A DNA stretch of 64,000 nucleotides from Strigamia acuminata (Eukaryota), in assembly GCA_949358305.1 (NCBI GenBank), contig OX442314.1, positions 9,858,001-9,922,000 of the forward strand. The letters are read 5' to 3'. Positions 63,280-64,000 of the stretch are shown here, one piece after another. The number at the start of each line of letters is the position of its first letter. The stretch's first letter is position 1. A program made the translations under genes and the position numbers. Under the pieces are notes generated by a model that saw only the letters and a list, made by a program, of their open reading frames with translations, searched no databases and was not told where the DNA came from.

Positions 63280-63425
63280 TTTATTTCGTGAGTTCCTTTC
63301 CTTCACACACACCGCACGAGTGTCCTTTCACTTTTATCGCTGTACAGATGTCCGTCTGATCGCGAAGCGAGCGAAATCTTACACGTCTCTTCACGTATCG
63401 GCGACGTTATCCCGGCTCAACGTGT

Positions 63426-63436
63426 CGACTGCGCCA
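63426..63436 (-). promoter_or_regulatory. Primer-binding site, tRNA-Ser-like
   Basis: TGGCGCAGTCG directly after the LTR on the minus strand. Confidence 0.75.
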
Positions 63437-63729
63437 TGTCGGATATGTGAAGTTCAACGAGAAAGCAATTAACGACTCTCTTGGTTCAAGTGTTGTACAA
63501 AACTGTTTAATCATCTCAAAAACTACAAAAATGTAAACAAAACGAATCAGCTGGTGATGAGACGACTTCTACTATTGGCCCGGCATATGACGTCATCGGC
63601 CAGCACCGGCAGGTGCGCCAGGTGGCAAACACGCGCGACACACGCCAAAACGTCACACGCGCATCACACACGACGCGCAACGGCCGGCACGCGCACGCGA
63701 CGCGAACGTGAGGTAGTCCAAACCTCACA
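63437..63729 (-). repeat. Shared LTR (5' LTR of the complete copy, 3' LTR of the upstream copy)
   Basis: PBS on one side; PPT and integrase tail on the other. Confidence 0.93.
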
Positions 63730-64000
63730 CGCCCCCCCTAGGGGAGGTGATGGCCCCCATCACAGCTTCCTCTCCGCTGAACCTTTTTAATTGGGCGCCG
63801 TGTGCCTTCCATGTTCGTCCATCATCACCTGATAAAATAAAAACTTCCGTCCCCAAACGCTCTACAATTGTGTAGGGGCCTTCATAAAGTGCGTCGGACT
63901 TCCTTTGCCGTTGTCCCTTCGTGAAAAGCACCCTGTCCCCCGTCTGCAGGCCGGACGCCTCTCTATTGCGGTCGAAACGGTCTTTGTGCGACCTTCCAGC
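63730..64000 (-). mobile_element. 3' end of a second tandem copy of the same gypsy element (runs off window)
   Basis: Repeats 59166-59436 with two substitutions seen (63783, 63881). Confidence 0.93.

Larger units (their letters stand above)
58873..63729 (-). mobile_element. Full-length Ty3/gypsy LTR retrotransposon (single ORF, short LTRs)
   Basis: 293-bp TG..CA LTRs at 63437-63729 and 58873-59165; PBS; G-rich PPT at ~59168-59182; gag-PR-RT-RH-IN order. Confidence 0.97.

Noticed and set aside
59341..63472. Plus-strand ORFs up to 205 aa overlapping the gypsy element
   Set aside because: Antisense shadows of the GC-rich gag-pol frame with no recognisable motifs.

Overview
AT-rich animal genomic DNA with 60-75 nt introns, probably arthropod; the CopiaMBD element is consistent with a myriapod or chelicerate, but host identity is inference. 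(1) 891-7313 is an intact, very young Ty1/copia LTR retrotransposon with apparently identical 280-bp LTRs and a tRNA-iMet PBS. Its polyprotein carries a methyl-CpG-binding domain (MBD) between integrase and RT. It has an unusual 7-bp target-site duplication and sits inside a CpG-rich, Pro-rich ORF that appears to belong to the 3' end of another LTR element (PPT plus LTR at ~8148-8907). (2) ~8.9-27.2 kb is a mosaic of local duplications containing intron-bearing, partly inverted fragments of host genes (DNA polymerase eta, importin-alpha, fritz/WDPCP), several copies of an unidentified 3-exon gene, mRpL48, MITEs and retroelement relics. (3) An ASPP-family gene starts at 27.8 kb (four 5' exons found, to 35116). 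The presumably intronic sequence after it holds many MITEs, 5S-derived repeats, and CpG-rich patches interleaved with six unrelated A-tract minisatellites whose units are all 20/21/30 bp. (4) 58873-64000 is an intact minus-strand Ty3/gypsy element in a tandem array sharing an LTR. All family assignments are by recognition of motifs; no database searches were run.
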